Source: an uncultured delta proteobacterium | Lineage (GTDB): Bacteria > Desulfobacterota > RBG-13-43-22 | DNA length: 21,978 bases | NCBI GenBank assembly: GCA_963802945.1 | Contig: CAWDKY010000064.1 | Span: 1-21,978 of the forward strand | Reading direction: 5' to 3' | Shown: in pieces, positions 1-9,046 of the stretch | Layout of the letters: every line of letters starts with the position of its first letter | Numbering within the stretch: the first letter of the stretch is position 1 | Translations under genes and position numbers: made by a program | The notes under the pieces: model-generated | The model's database searches: none | What the model saw: only the letters and a program-made list of their open reading frames with translations | What the model was told of the DNA's origin: nothing

Positions 1-205
1 TCACCGCCACATATAACTCGGCTTTATTTTTGAAGTATTTGTAAAGAGCGCCGTTGCTGATTCCGGCACGTTCACAAATATCACTGATATTAGCCTGGTG
101 ATAGCCGTATTTGGCGAACTCGATTTGGGCTGCGCGAATCACACGATATTGCTTTTCTTTAGAAATATTAAAAAAGGTTTTAGCGGCCACGGCCGTAGTC
201 CTCAT
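1..205 (-). CDS. TetR/AcrR family transcriptional regulator, 5' part (runs off the window)
   Basis: Not in the ORF track. Manual translation: MRTTAVAAKTFFNISKEKQYRVIRAAQIEFAKYGYHQANISDICERAGISNGALYKYFKNKAELYVAV, a classic TetR N-terminal HTH. Alternative GTG start at 190 has GAGGA upstream. Confidence 0.92.
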   Translation of the reverse strand, partial: MRTTAVAAKTFFNISKEKQYRVIRAAQIEFAKYGYHQANISDICERAGISNGALYKYFKNKAELYVAV

Positions 206-251
206 TTAAACACCGTAAAACGGGTCCGACTAAATTTCCAATAGGATATAG

Positions 252-271
252 GAGAGTGAGTGTTCACTCTC
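252..271. promoter_or_regulatory. Palindromic operator, probably for the TetR regulator
   Basis: GAGAGTGA-gtgt-TCACTCTC, a perfect 8-bp inverted repeat about 50 bp upstream of the TetR start. Confidence 0.65.
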
Positions 272-572
272 TTACAGAGTACTACATGATTACCATTTGT
301 CAAGCTTATTCTTTAAATTATCGCTTTGGGGAAAATATTTTTCCTGAGTGGATTTTTTCTGAACTAGTCATACCGTATTTAACCTCAGGATTTACCACTT
401 AATCTTGCTTACATTGTCCTTGTTCGAATCGTCTTATTTCGGGGCAAGGTCCATGTCCAGTAGTTGGCAACTAGTCCAATTTGGCTTTTTCTCTTGTCTT
501 CCAAGGCTATCATTCATTTCAATTATTATTAAAAAGAAATATCTATTCATTATTGGAAAGGAGAAATTGGCC

Positions 573-1946
573 ATGAATCTAAATAAAAAGATTGAAAAGT
601 TACGGGGTAGAGTATTCAAGCTGCACACTGAATTAATTTTTCTCAAAAGAAAATGCAAAAGAATTTTAGCAACAAAGGAAGCGCTCCAAAGCAGGGTTAA
701 TTATTTATCCAAAGTTGAAGAAGAAAGTCGGGAACTTAGAGCATTTCAACGTGATTTATTTCGATGGATGCGAGGGGTATCCTTTGGACAATTTCCGTTT
801 AACATCATGAAGGAACACTTAAAAACGAAGATCAACCGTGGGAACCTGTTGAAATTGTATAACGCTGCAGTAAACGAACGGATTCATCTTCGGAAACGAG
901 CATTAATTGCTATTTATCACCTTTATGGAGTAACTGATCATCTTATGATGGAGTTTTTGGGAATAAGCAGGAATACTGTGAAGAGGAACAAAAGAAAATT
1001 CGAGCTTTCAGGCGTAGATACCCTACTTGATTGTAAACATAAAAGACGGGGGGCTGATGAATCAGTACTCAAAGAAATGTTATTTACAATTATTCACTCT
1101 CCACCTTCAGAATATGGATACAACAGAACCAGATGGACGTTAAAACTTATCAAGCAGGCTCTTGACGAAAAGGGGATAATAGCCAGTAAGAATAGGATTC
1201 CTCAAACACTTAGAGAGGCAAATTATAGATTCTGCAAAGCAAAAATGGTGCTGACTAGTAATGATCCGGAATACAGCGAAAAAGTTAGAATCATAACGAA
1301 CATTCTCTCTAAGCTACGCCGTGGGCAAGGATTCTATTCAATAGATGAATTCGGTCCATTTTTAGTGAAAAAGAAAATTGGTTGGATACTGACTCAAGCC
1401 GGTAACCAGCCAACGGTCCCTCACTGGCAACCTTCAAAGGGAAAATTGATTTTGATAGGTGCCCTTGAATTATCTACAAATCAAGTCACGCATTTTTATT
1501 CCGAGAGTAAAACCTCGGACCAAATGAAAAAACTGCTAAGAATCCTTCTCAGGAAGAATAAAGGCCAGAAGAAGATTTACCTGTCATGGGATAGCGCATC
1601 ATGGCATTCATCTAGTTCTTTACTAAAGGAAGTATCAAGAATAAATCGCCTTGAATATAGGAATAAATATAACACGCCAATCGTCAAATTGGCCCCGCTT
1701 CCATCACGAGCACAATTTCTAAATGTAATTGAATCTGTTTTTAGTGGTATGGCATCCGCCATAATCCAAAACAGTGACTATCAATCTGTGAAAGAAGCCA
1801 AATCGGCGATTAGTCGATATTTCCGTGAACGCAATGCTCATTTTCGCAAGTATCCCATGAAAGCAGGGGGCAAAATTTGGAAAAGGGAGTTGGTGCCGCC
1901 TGCTTTCAAAGAAGGGCAAAATTGTAAGAATCCGAAGTGGCGATAA
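573..1946 (+). CDS. IS630-family (DDE) transposase, 457 aa, with N-terminal extension
   Basis: HTH (LGISRNTVKR), winged-helix segment (SPPSEYGYNRTRWTLKLI) and DDE motifs (YSIDEFGP, LSWDSASWH, AQFLNVIESVF). ATG 573 is preceded by AAGGAG at 558-563 and is preferred over the track start at 405. Confidence 0.88.
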   Translation: MNLNKKIEKLRGRVFKLHTELIFLKRKCKRILATKEALQSRVNYLSKVEEESRELRAFQRDLFRWMRGVSFGQFPFNIMKEHLKTKINRGNLLKLYNAAVNERIHLRKRALIAIYHLYGVTDHLMMEFLGISRNTVKRNKRKFELSGVDTLLDCKHKRRGADESVLKEMLFTIIHSPPSEYGYNRTRWTLKLIKQALDEKGIIASKNRIPQTLREANYRFCKAKMVLTSNDPEYSEKVRIITNILSKLRRGQGFYSIDEFGPFLVKKKIGWILTQAGNQPTVPHWQPSKGKLILIGALELSTNQVTHFYSESKTSDQMKKLLRILLRKNKGQKKIYLSWDSASWHSSSSLLKEVSRINRLEYRNKYNTPIVKLAPLPSRAQFLNVIESVFSGMASAIIQNSDYQSVKEAKSAISRYFRERNAHFRKYPMKAGGKIWKRELVPPAFKEGQNCKNPKWR

Positions 1947-2010
1947 CTTGTATGGACGAAACTAGGGAAGCTGTCTCTAGTTACCCTTAGGAACCTGTAA
2001 AACTGACTCG

Positions 2011-2142
2011 TATCCGGGGGCCGCAGTTGCCCGTTTTTAAGTTTGACGACTTCGGCCGTCAGCCGACTTCTACCAATTCCAAAGAAACGGGATGACTGGC
2101 TCAAAAATGAAATAGTAAAATCAATTCAGAAACAACGTCCCC
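2011..2142 (+). pseudogene. 3' remnant of a RAYT-like HUH/Y1 transposase (C-terminal HTH) plus its terminal motif
   Basis: With one T restored it reads YPGAAVARFLSLTTSAVSRL, like the GYSGAEVARFLGVTTSAV.R C-terminal HTH I recall for these transposases. It ends in TCAATTCAGAAACAACGTCCCC. Confidence 0.6.
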
Positions 2143-2202
2143 TTTCACTGATTATCTTCCCAGGATACTCAAATTATTACAAATAATTTCCAATTAAACA
2201 GC

Positions 2203-2231
2203 TTGCGAAAGATCCAGAAATAAGATATAAA
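2203..2231 (+). promoter_or_regulatory. Putative sigma70 promoter of the R-M operon
   Basis: TTGCGA-17 nt-TATAAA just upstream of ATG 2247. Confidence 0.4.
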
Positions 2232-2246
2232 AATAGTTTAAAGATT

Positions 2247-3281
2247 ATGGATAGATCAAAAAAAATAAAGCTTAACAGCCATGTGGGAAATGCTTACGAA
2301 ACCGATAAGCAACTGGAAGTTACACATCGCTTTAACAATCGTCGGCTAGTTGGTCGCGCGAGCGAACGGCGCAGCAAGATGATTGCTTTCGGCTATTATG
2401 GTGGGAAGTTTTCCCACTTGGATTTCCTTCTCCCGTTACTGCCGACAACATTCACTCATTTCTGTGAGCCCTTTTGGCGGCTCCGCGGCTATCCTGATTA
2501 ATCGGCCACCGGCGCCAGTAGAGACTTACAATGACTTGGATTCTGAGGTGGTAAACTTCTTTTGTTGTTTAAGAGATCACGGCGATAAGCTTATTCGATT
2601 GATTAGTTTGACCCCTTTTTCACGGGAAGAGTTGGTGAAAGCCTGTCGTCCCGAGATAGATCTTTCGCCGATCGAGCGTGCCCGTCGTTTTTTTGTTCGC
2701 GGCGGCAGACACGAACTGGGTTAGCACAAACAAGCTCTGAGGGCCGATGGGCTCATTGTGTTTTAACCTCACGCGCAGGAATGGCCGGAGCGGTGTCACG
2801 TTGGTTAGGCAGTGTAGAAGGTTTGCCACAAATAGTGCAACGTTTACAGCGCGTTCAGATAGAGAACGCCCCCGCGAATGAAATAATTCGCCGTTATGAT
2901 TCACCTGAAACACTCTTCTATTGCGACCCACCTTATCCTCACGAAGCCCGCAGTGATATCAAGGCATACGGATACGAAATGACTGATCGAGAGCATGAGG
3001 AGCTTGCAGAAGTCCTTCGATCCGTACAAGGTGCTGTGGCTGTATCGGGTTATCGTTGTCCCTTGATGGATAGACTCTATCGTGGCTGGATTAGGGTTGA
3101 TGCCAATACACGTCTCTGCAATTCGTCGAAAGGCGAACGCATGGAATCGGTCTGGGTGAACTACGATCCGGAATCTTATTCGCAAAGTTATAGTTACACT
3201 TTAACCGACAAAAACCTTTACCTTTTTGAGCGCCCTGCTCAATACAAAATACGAATTCGACATGACAAAAAAAAGCGATGA
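2247..3281 (+). CDS. DNA adenine methyltransferase (Dam/D12 class, m6A); two apparent frameshifts (~2472, ~2701); start at 2247 or 2379
   Basis: Motifs YYGGK, FCEPFGGSAA, YNDLD, VQIEN, FYCDPPY and SGY are spread over three consecutive ORFs (2247, 2383, 2781) and join with single-base corrections. Confidence 0.9.
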
Positions 3282-4388
3282 TTCAGAAATTCTAGATTTT
3301 AAGAAGGCTACGAAATTGCTTGAAGAACAATGGCAATTCGTTGTATCCGATACAAGCGTAAAATCTGATATCAAATATGTTATTGATATAATCTTATGTC
3401 GGGCAATACAGGCTTCAATTAATCATAAACAAGTGGCTTATCGCTTTTGCCTACCAATCCAGCTCTTAGGAAAGCTAACCAACCCAATGCTTGACTGCCT
3501 CTGTCTCCAAAAAAAGAAAGGGGATGCAAGCGATGTTACCGGATGGGACGCACGGAGTTTAGGAAGTAAAGTCATTGCTCCTTTCAATTTACGGCAGGAG
3601 AACATCCTCGGTACATCAAGCGACCCTTATGTTGGCAATCCTATGCGCATTCCTCGTATGGAACTTGATGACCAAAGTAAAAAAGACGTGACTGGATGGA
3701 ACACTCTTGTGAACATCTTGAACCAAGTCGAGTCTCGGGGTGATCCCAATTTTACTGAAGCGGTTTTTCGGCAAGTCTTACTGGAAATGTTTCGTCGGCA
3801 GAGATCCCTGCGCTTTGCTTATCCGCTGCCACCGCGTATTAGCTTGGAAGGTATCCTTTCACTCGCTAACAGTTTCTTAAAGAAAAATCCGGAGGCGATC
3901 GTAGTTTGGCCCTATGCGGCGCAATTTTTGATTCTATAGGGATTCACTTTGACCTTTACGCGAAGGTCGAACGGGCTAGAATCAATGCCAGCGACAAGGC
4001 TACCGGTCAGGCTGCCGATTTGGAATGTGTCGATTCTGATGGTAAAGTTGTTTTGGTGGTTGAGGTTAAAGATCGAACATTGACACTAACAGATGTTGAG
4101 GGAACACTTCAAAAATGCCGACAACGTAAAATCAAAGATATCTTTTTTACAACGCCTGGAGTTAAAAGCGGTGATCAAGTTCTCCTCGAAGAGCGTATTG
4201 CGCGTGCATTCGCAAGTGGCCAGAACATTTATGTGTTCAACTTTTTTGAGTTTGCTCGAAGTGTTCTGGCGCTTGGGGGAGAGCCTATCCGTATCACTTT
4301 TCTTCAAAAAGTTGGCCAACATCTTGATAGTTGGAACACCCAACCGTCTCACCGCCAAGCTTGGAAGAAACTATTGGAAAGCGTCTGA
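3262..4388 (+). CDS. Type II restriction endonuclease, SacI family; apparent frameshift ~3880
   Basis: WDARSLGSKVIAPF, LGTSSDPYVGNPMR, EKSGGDR, INASD..G..ADLEC and VEVKDR (PD-(D/E)xK-like). Overlaps the methylase 3' end; ATG at 3262. Confidence 0.82.
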
Positions 4389-4430
4389 GGGCAATTTATT
4401 TGATAAAATTTTCTTTTGGTTGCTCTTAGA

Positions 4431-4475
4431 GGGGGACGTTCTGAATTGACTTATTCCTCCTCTTTTATCCAATTG
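4431..4475 (-). repeat. GGGGACGTT-tagged transposon-end repeat, copy 2
   Basis: GGGGGACGTTCTGAATTGACTTATTCCTCC is the reverse-complement relative of 2121-2142. 4437-4475 matches 6945-6983 at 37/39. Confidence 0.8.
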
Positions 4476-4621
4476 TAAAAAATCTTTGATGCCTTAGATT
4501 GGCCTTACCCTTTTAAATAATAATCTTTGATTCCCTTCTTGATATTTCAAATTTTACCTTGGCGATTAATACCTCCGCAAATTGCCAGATATTTCTTTAA
4601 CAGGGTGAACGGCTATGCCAG

Positions 4622-4644
4622 CCTGTGCGTCGCACGCAGACAGG
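4622..4644. repeat. Short REP-like palindrome
   Basis: CCTG-TGCGT-cgc-ACGCA-ga-CAGG, a GC-rich hairpin in AT-rich intergenic DNA. Confidence 0.45.
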
Positions 4645-4999
4645 ACCACCCCTATCCCCGGTTCTATTGCGGCATCTATAGTATCCTCTCCCTAAAACTT
4701 CGTCAAAAGGAAACTCAAGATGCCCTCATTCCCTTACCATCTATGGAAATACACATCGACCTGTCTCATCTGATTATGGGGCGTATTGTACAATTCGACA
4801 AGTAATCAATAATTTTCTGGTCTATCTTCTTAAAATGTTGTCTTTTTTTAAGGGTGAAAATTTAAAGACTACAGAAAGAGCGGTCAATGAGAAAGGAGTT
4901 TTTCTGCTCCCGGGCTTTTGGAAACATTTTATCATAATTAAACTGGCGGCCCCTCTTCAGTCTTAGATTGATGGAAGGGTAGCCTGCATTATAATCCTC

Positions 5000-5027
5000 T
5001 TGACAGCGGTTTAATTTTTAATAGAAT
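5000..5027 (+). promoter_or_regulatory. Putative sigma70 promoter for the transporter
   Basis: TTGACA-16 nt-TAGAAT about 105 bp upstream of ATG 5132. Confidence 0.5.
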
Positions 5028-5131
5028 CAACATGTCATAACTCAGAAAAGCGGGAGATCAAAGAATAAAAAATCAGTTAGAAACCTCAGTACTTATCTTT
5101 AACCTATCTTAAAGAAAGGGAAGCAAGAGGT

Positions 5132-6578
5132 ATGGAAGAAACAAAACAGGGCCTAAGCGAAGACTGGATGTCTTTATGGGTCGGACTGTTTATATTCATT
5201 CTGTCCCTTGGGATATTTTTCGGGGCTGACATCCTTGGATTTGGAATAAACACTGCAGTATGGACGAATTTATCAAAGGCATTAAGTCCTATATCCAAAG
5301 CCTATAGCTGGCTGGGAGGGGTAGGATCCTTCATTGCGACCTATCTATTTCTGCTCATTATTATGACCATTGGTGCAATAGCCTTGAAAGCCGATATTAA
5401 ACGGTTTATCGGAGGTTTTACCGCCGTATTCCTGATTAGTTATATCTGTTGGATCATCGGAAGCTGGGCTCATTTGGCCGCGACAATACCCCCTGATATG
5501 AAGAAATTCGGAATTACCTGGTCGTTGAAACTGACACCTGAAGGGGGGTTTATTATTGCACTGGTCGCTGGATTGATTGTTGGCAATTTTTTCCCTGGTT
5601 TTGCAGAAGCTATAAAGGAGGGTGTAAGGCCTGAATTATACATCAAGACCGCCATTGTCATTCTGGGCGGATTTTTGGGAATTACCGCGGCTGAAAAGTT
5701 GGGGCTGGCCACCGCAGTAATGTTCAGGGGTCTGTGTGCCATTGTCGAGGCCTACCTGATTTACTGGGCTTTGGTCTATTTCATTGCCAGGAAATATTTT
5801 AAGTTCAGCCGGGAATGGGCAGCACCCCTGGCCTCAGGTATATCGATATGCGGTGTATCCGCAGCTATAGCTACGGGGGCCGCCATAAAGGCCAGGCCGA
5901 AGATCCCCATCATGGTATCCTCCCTGGTGGTCATTTTTGCCGTTGTCGAGCTATTAGTACTCCCGTTTTTTGCGGAAAAGTTTCTTATGGAAGGAGCCGA
6001 TGGTCGCAGGGGCCTGGATGGGACTGGCTGTTAAGACCGATGGGGCAGCGGTTGCCAGTGGCGCTGTCACTGAGTCACTTATAAGAACCAAGACCCTCGC
6101 TATGACGGGAGCAAACTATAAGGAAGGCTGGATGATGGGAACAGCGGCAACCGTAAAGGTATTTATCGATATTTTTATAGGTATCTGGGCCTTTATCCTG
6201 GCTATAATCTGGTGTACCGTTATAGAATGTAAACCGGGTGAAAAATTCCGACCAGGCCAGATATGGGAGAGGTTTCCGAAATTTGTTATCGGCTATGTGA
6301 TGACCTTCCTTATTATTTTATTTATCGGGATGAATTCACCCGGGTTGATAAAAAATGCCAAGGCGGCTATGGGGGAAGGTAACATCTTTAGGGTAATATT
6401 CTTCGTGATGACTTTTTTCACCATCGGTGTTATGTCTAATTTTAAAAAACTTTGGCAAGAAGGCATCGGTAAATTAGCTGCAGTTTATCTGATATGTCTC
6501 TTCGGGTTTGTCATCTGGATAGGGCTGTTCATCTCATGGATATTCTTCCATGGGGTGCACCCACCCTTGGCCGGATAA
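5132..6578 (+). CDS. YeiH/UPF0324 (putative sulfate exporter, PSE) family transporter; apparent frameshift ~5985
   Basis: Many TM helices; RPELYIKTAIVILG, LASGISICGVSAAIATGAAIKA, AGAWMGLAVKTDGAAVASG, WERFPKFVIG. Confidence 0.88.
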
Positions 6579-6641
6579 AATGAATTTGGAAGAATTTCTG
6601 GAAAAATCATTTGACCTTCCTATACCAGAAAGGAGCTTTTT

Positions 6642-6806
6642 ATGTCTGAAGAACCTAAAATAGCAGAAGAGTTAAAAACGATGGAGATGGAGTACGAGCC
6701 CTTGCTCCCAGTGGAGAAAAAACTTATAGGGTACAGTCTGATAATCGGTGTTGTTCTTCTTGGACTACTTGTCTGGGTAACTTATACCTTCTTCCCCGGA
6801 CAGTGA
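6642..6806 (+). CDS. Small single-pass membrane protein (54 aa), probable transporter partner
   Basis: Not in the ORF track. AAGGAG RBS at 6630-6635; MSEEPKIAEELKTMEMEYEPLLPVEKKLIGYSLIIGVVLLGLLVWVTYTFFPGQ. Confidence 0.8.
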   Translation: MSEEPKIAEELKTMEMEYEPLLPVEKKLIGYSLIIGVVLLGLLVWVTYTFFPGQ

Positions 6807-6935
6807 ATGATGAAATCATAAAAAGTTGTCCAAGGACGACACAACAAAAAGCCTCGGATAAAGGCGTTCCAATCTTTAGGAATGAGGAGCCCATAAAAAT
6901 ACACCTCAATGACAAAAAGAGCCTCTGTCATAAAA

Positions 6936-6983
6936 GGGGGCGTTCGTTCTGAATTGACTTATTCCTCCTTTTTTATACAATTG
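6936..6983 (-). repeat. GGGGACGTT-tagged transposon-end repeat, copy 3
   Basis: GGGGGCGTTCGTTCTGAATTGACTTATTCCTCC, a direct repeat of 4431-4475. Confidence 0.8.
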
Positions 6984-7099
6984 CCATAAATATTTTAGAA
7001 AATAGGGACAACAGTGGCTATTTTATATTGACAATGCCACAAGAGTGAATTATTTCGAGAGAAGGCTTTTTCCCATGCAGAAAAAACCAAGGAGGATCT

Positions 7100-7609
7100 A
7101 TGAAGAAGAATATTAAATTTCTGTTTATTTTACTATTCATTTTGTTCGGTGCTGGTTGTGGTTCCGTCCTAAAAGACAAATCCGAGAATGTATTATTATC
7201 CCCTGAACCTTTCGTAGGAGATTGGCTTGTAACCGATTTTAAAATAAAGAAAATTCCAAGTCGTGAATTTATCAATGCCCACGTTACGATCACAACCAAT
7301 GGCAAGTATTACTTTGTTAGCGGTCTTGATGGCACAATCGGAATGACCGCCTTCATCCGCCATCAGAACAGACTTGAAGGTGACTACCTTTCGGATATGA
7401 AACATTTCAAGGAGGTTTACCCAGAGATCCCTCCAGCCATCCTAAGCCAAGCACTGGGCGATGTTAAATATCATTGTTCAATTGTCTTTGATGGCCAGGG
7501 ACTAATTGCGGAGAGTGCTAACGCTCAAATTCATTATGAAGTTAATGGTAATTATAAAGGATATACTCCCTTGAATGGGTATTTTTCGTGGTATTTAGAA
7601 AAACGTTGA
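7100..7609 (+). CDS. Hypothetical lipoprotein
   Basis: AAGGAGGA RBS; signal peptide MKKNIKFLFILLFILFGAG-C with a lipobox-like Cys20; family not recognised. Confidence 0.7.
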   Translation: MKKNIKFLFILLFILFGAGCGSVLKDKSENVLLSPEPFVGDWLVTDFKIKKIPSREFINAHVTITTNGKYYFVSGLDGTIGMTAFIRHQNRLEGDYLSDMKHFKEVYPEIPPAILSQALGDVKYHCSIVFDGQGLIAESANAQIHYEVNGNYKGYTPLNGYFSWYLEKR

Positions 7610-7680
7610 GGGAAAATGTTTTTTCCTTTTGTGTTTAGGTTGAAGTCTCACCTAAAAAAAAGTTCTTCTTAAAGAGTCCA

Positions 7681-7701
7681 GGGCGACGTTAGGTATGAAA
7701 G
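7681..7701 (-). repeat. Degenerate GGGGACGTT-type end
   Basis: GGGCGACGTTAGGTATGAAAG, same orientation as 4431 and 6936 and again just downstream of a + strand gene. Confidence 0.35.
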
Positions 7702-7769
7702 AGGTTTTATTGATTTTTAATTTTATAACCTGTGAGAATGCGTTTACGTTTTAAAAGGAGGAGGTCTTA

Positions 7770-9017
7770 ATGGAATTCGAGTTTTCAAAAGAGCAAAAAA
7801 AGCTGATGGCAGAGATGCGTGAATTCTGCATCAAGGAGCTACCTGAGGACTTTAACCCTGATTTTACAGGTCGTTTCCGAGAAGAAAAGGCCGAGGCTTT
7901 CTGGAAACGCTTCCATCAGAAGGCGGCGAAAAAAGGTTGGCCAAGTGCCGGCTGGCCTAAAAATTACGGCGGCCTGGGCTTAACCCCCATGGAAGATGCG
8001 GCGGTTGCTTCGGAGATGGCCTATTGGGGAGCACAGTGGACCGGTATCATGAGTATGTCTCTGGTTGCGCCAACGGTCCTGGCAGTAGGGACCGAGGAGC
8101 AGAAGAAACGGTGGATCCCCCAAATCGCCAAAGGAGAAATAATTTCTTTTGAGGCCTTTACTGAGCCCGAGGCCGGCTCGGATGAGTCGAATATGCAACT
8201 TAGGGCAGTCCCTGATGGCGATGACTATATCCTTAACGGCCAAAAGACCTTCATTTCCGGTGGCGTCAAACCGGACTGGCTTTTTACCATATGCAGGACG
8301 GCCGATGTGACGCCCAGGCACCGCGGTCTGAGCGTCTTTATGGTACCAGGGGATGCCCCCGGCGTCAGCTATAGGGCACTGCCGACCATGGGTGGCTCCC
8401 AACAGAATGATATTTTTTATAACCATGTCAGAGTTCCCAAAGAAAACCTGTTAGGAGAGATAAACCGGGGCTTTTATCTGGCCATGACCACTTTTGAGTA
8501 TGAAAGGGCAGCCGGCGGCGGTCTTGGAGCCAGAAGGAGCATGGAGAGAATCATGGAGTACGCCCGAAAGGAAAAGAAGAACGGCAAACCCCTTTATCAA
8601 GACCGCAAAGCCAGGGAAATGTTAGCCAGATTGGCCATTCGCCGGCATCTAGAATTTCTCTTCGGCTGGTATACGGCCTGGCACAGGAGCCAGCGTGAAA
8701 AACTGGGACCGCAGCGCTATAACTCCGGAATACTCTGGCATAAGCTCTGGCCGGCTTGGGAGGGTGAGCAGTACGGACGTGTCTTTGGTATGTACACCCA
8801 GCTCAAAGCGAAATCAAAGTATGCCAAGTACGGGGGCATACCGGGACGTTCCTGGGAACGGATGCATTCCATCCATGCTGCCGGAAGCCCTGAAATACGC
8901 CGGGTTATCATTGCCGAGAGAGGCTTGGGTCTGCCAAGGATACCGCGGAAATTCAACAAGATGATCAATGATGAACTGAACAAAGATAAAGAAGCCAAAT
9001 TATCACAGCCGAAATAA
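7770..9017 (+). CDS. Acyl-CoA dehydrogenase, FadE26/ChsE4-like (catalytic subunit)
   Basis: WPKNYGGLG, FTEPEAGSD, LNGQKTFIS, RHRGLSVF, GEINRGF, FEYER, GSPEIRRVIIAERGLGLPR. Confidence 0.92.
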   Translation: MEFEFSKEQKKLMAEMREFCIKELPEDFNPDFTGRFREEKAEAFWKRFHQKAAKKGWPSAGWPKNYGGLGLTPMEDAAVASEMAYWGAQWTGIMSMSLVAPTVLAVGTEEQKKRWIPQIAKGEIISFEAFTEPEAGSDESNMQLRAVPDGDDYILNGQKTFISGGVKPDWLFTICRTADVTPRHRGLSVFMVPGDAPGVSYRALPTMGGSQQNDIFYNHVRVPKENLLGEINRGFYLAMTTFEYERAAGGGLGARRSMERIMEYARKEKKNGKPLYQDRKAREMLARLAIRRHLEFLFGWYTAWHRSQREKLGPQRYNSGILWHKLWPAWEGEQYGRVFGMYTQLKAKSKYAKYGGIPGRSWERMHSIHAAGSPEIRRVIIAERGLGLPRIPRKFNKMINDELNKDKEAKLSQPK

Positions 9018-9046
9018 GGATCATCTAAACCAAAAAGGAGAAGTTT

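Noticed and set aside
405-572. Upstream extension of the transposase ORF from TTG 405
   Set aside because: No RBS and non-protein-like sequence; ATG 573 has AAGGAG.
1950-2016. Possible hammerhead ribozyme (GGACGAAAC followed by a stem ending GTT)
   Set aside because: The required CUGANGA core is absent (CTGACTC) and stems I and II do not form.
2325-2380. attC-like start (TTTAAC followed by GC-rich sequence)
   Set aside because: No matching GTTRRRY end or L boxes, no integrase, and it lies in frame with the methylase N-terminus.
3267-3274. A8 tract at the endonuclease start as a phase-variation switch
   Set aside because: Short tract encoding Lys codons in AT-rich DNA and currently in frame; no supporting evidence.
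4527-4805. 92-aa ORF in the spacer
   Set aside because: TTG start, no RBS, no recognisable features, and it overlaps repeat/remnant DNA.
5970-6034. Programmed frameshifting or genuinely split genes
   Set aside because: No consistent slippery sites or stimulatory structures; the breaks are spread over unrelated genes as expected for read error.
2121-7701. Repeats as a CRISPR array or classical integron
   Set aside because: Spacing is 0.7-2.5 kb, orientations are mixed, and there is no cas or intI gene or attC structure.
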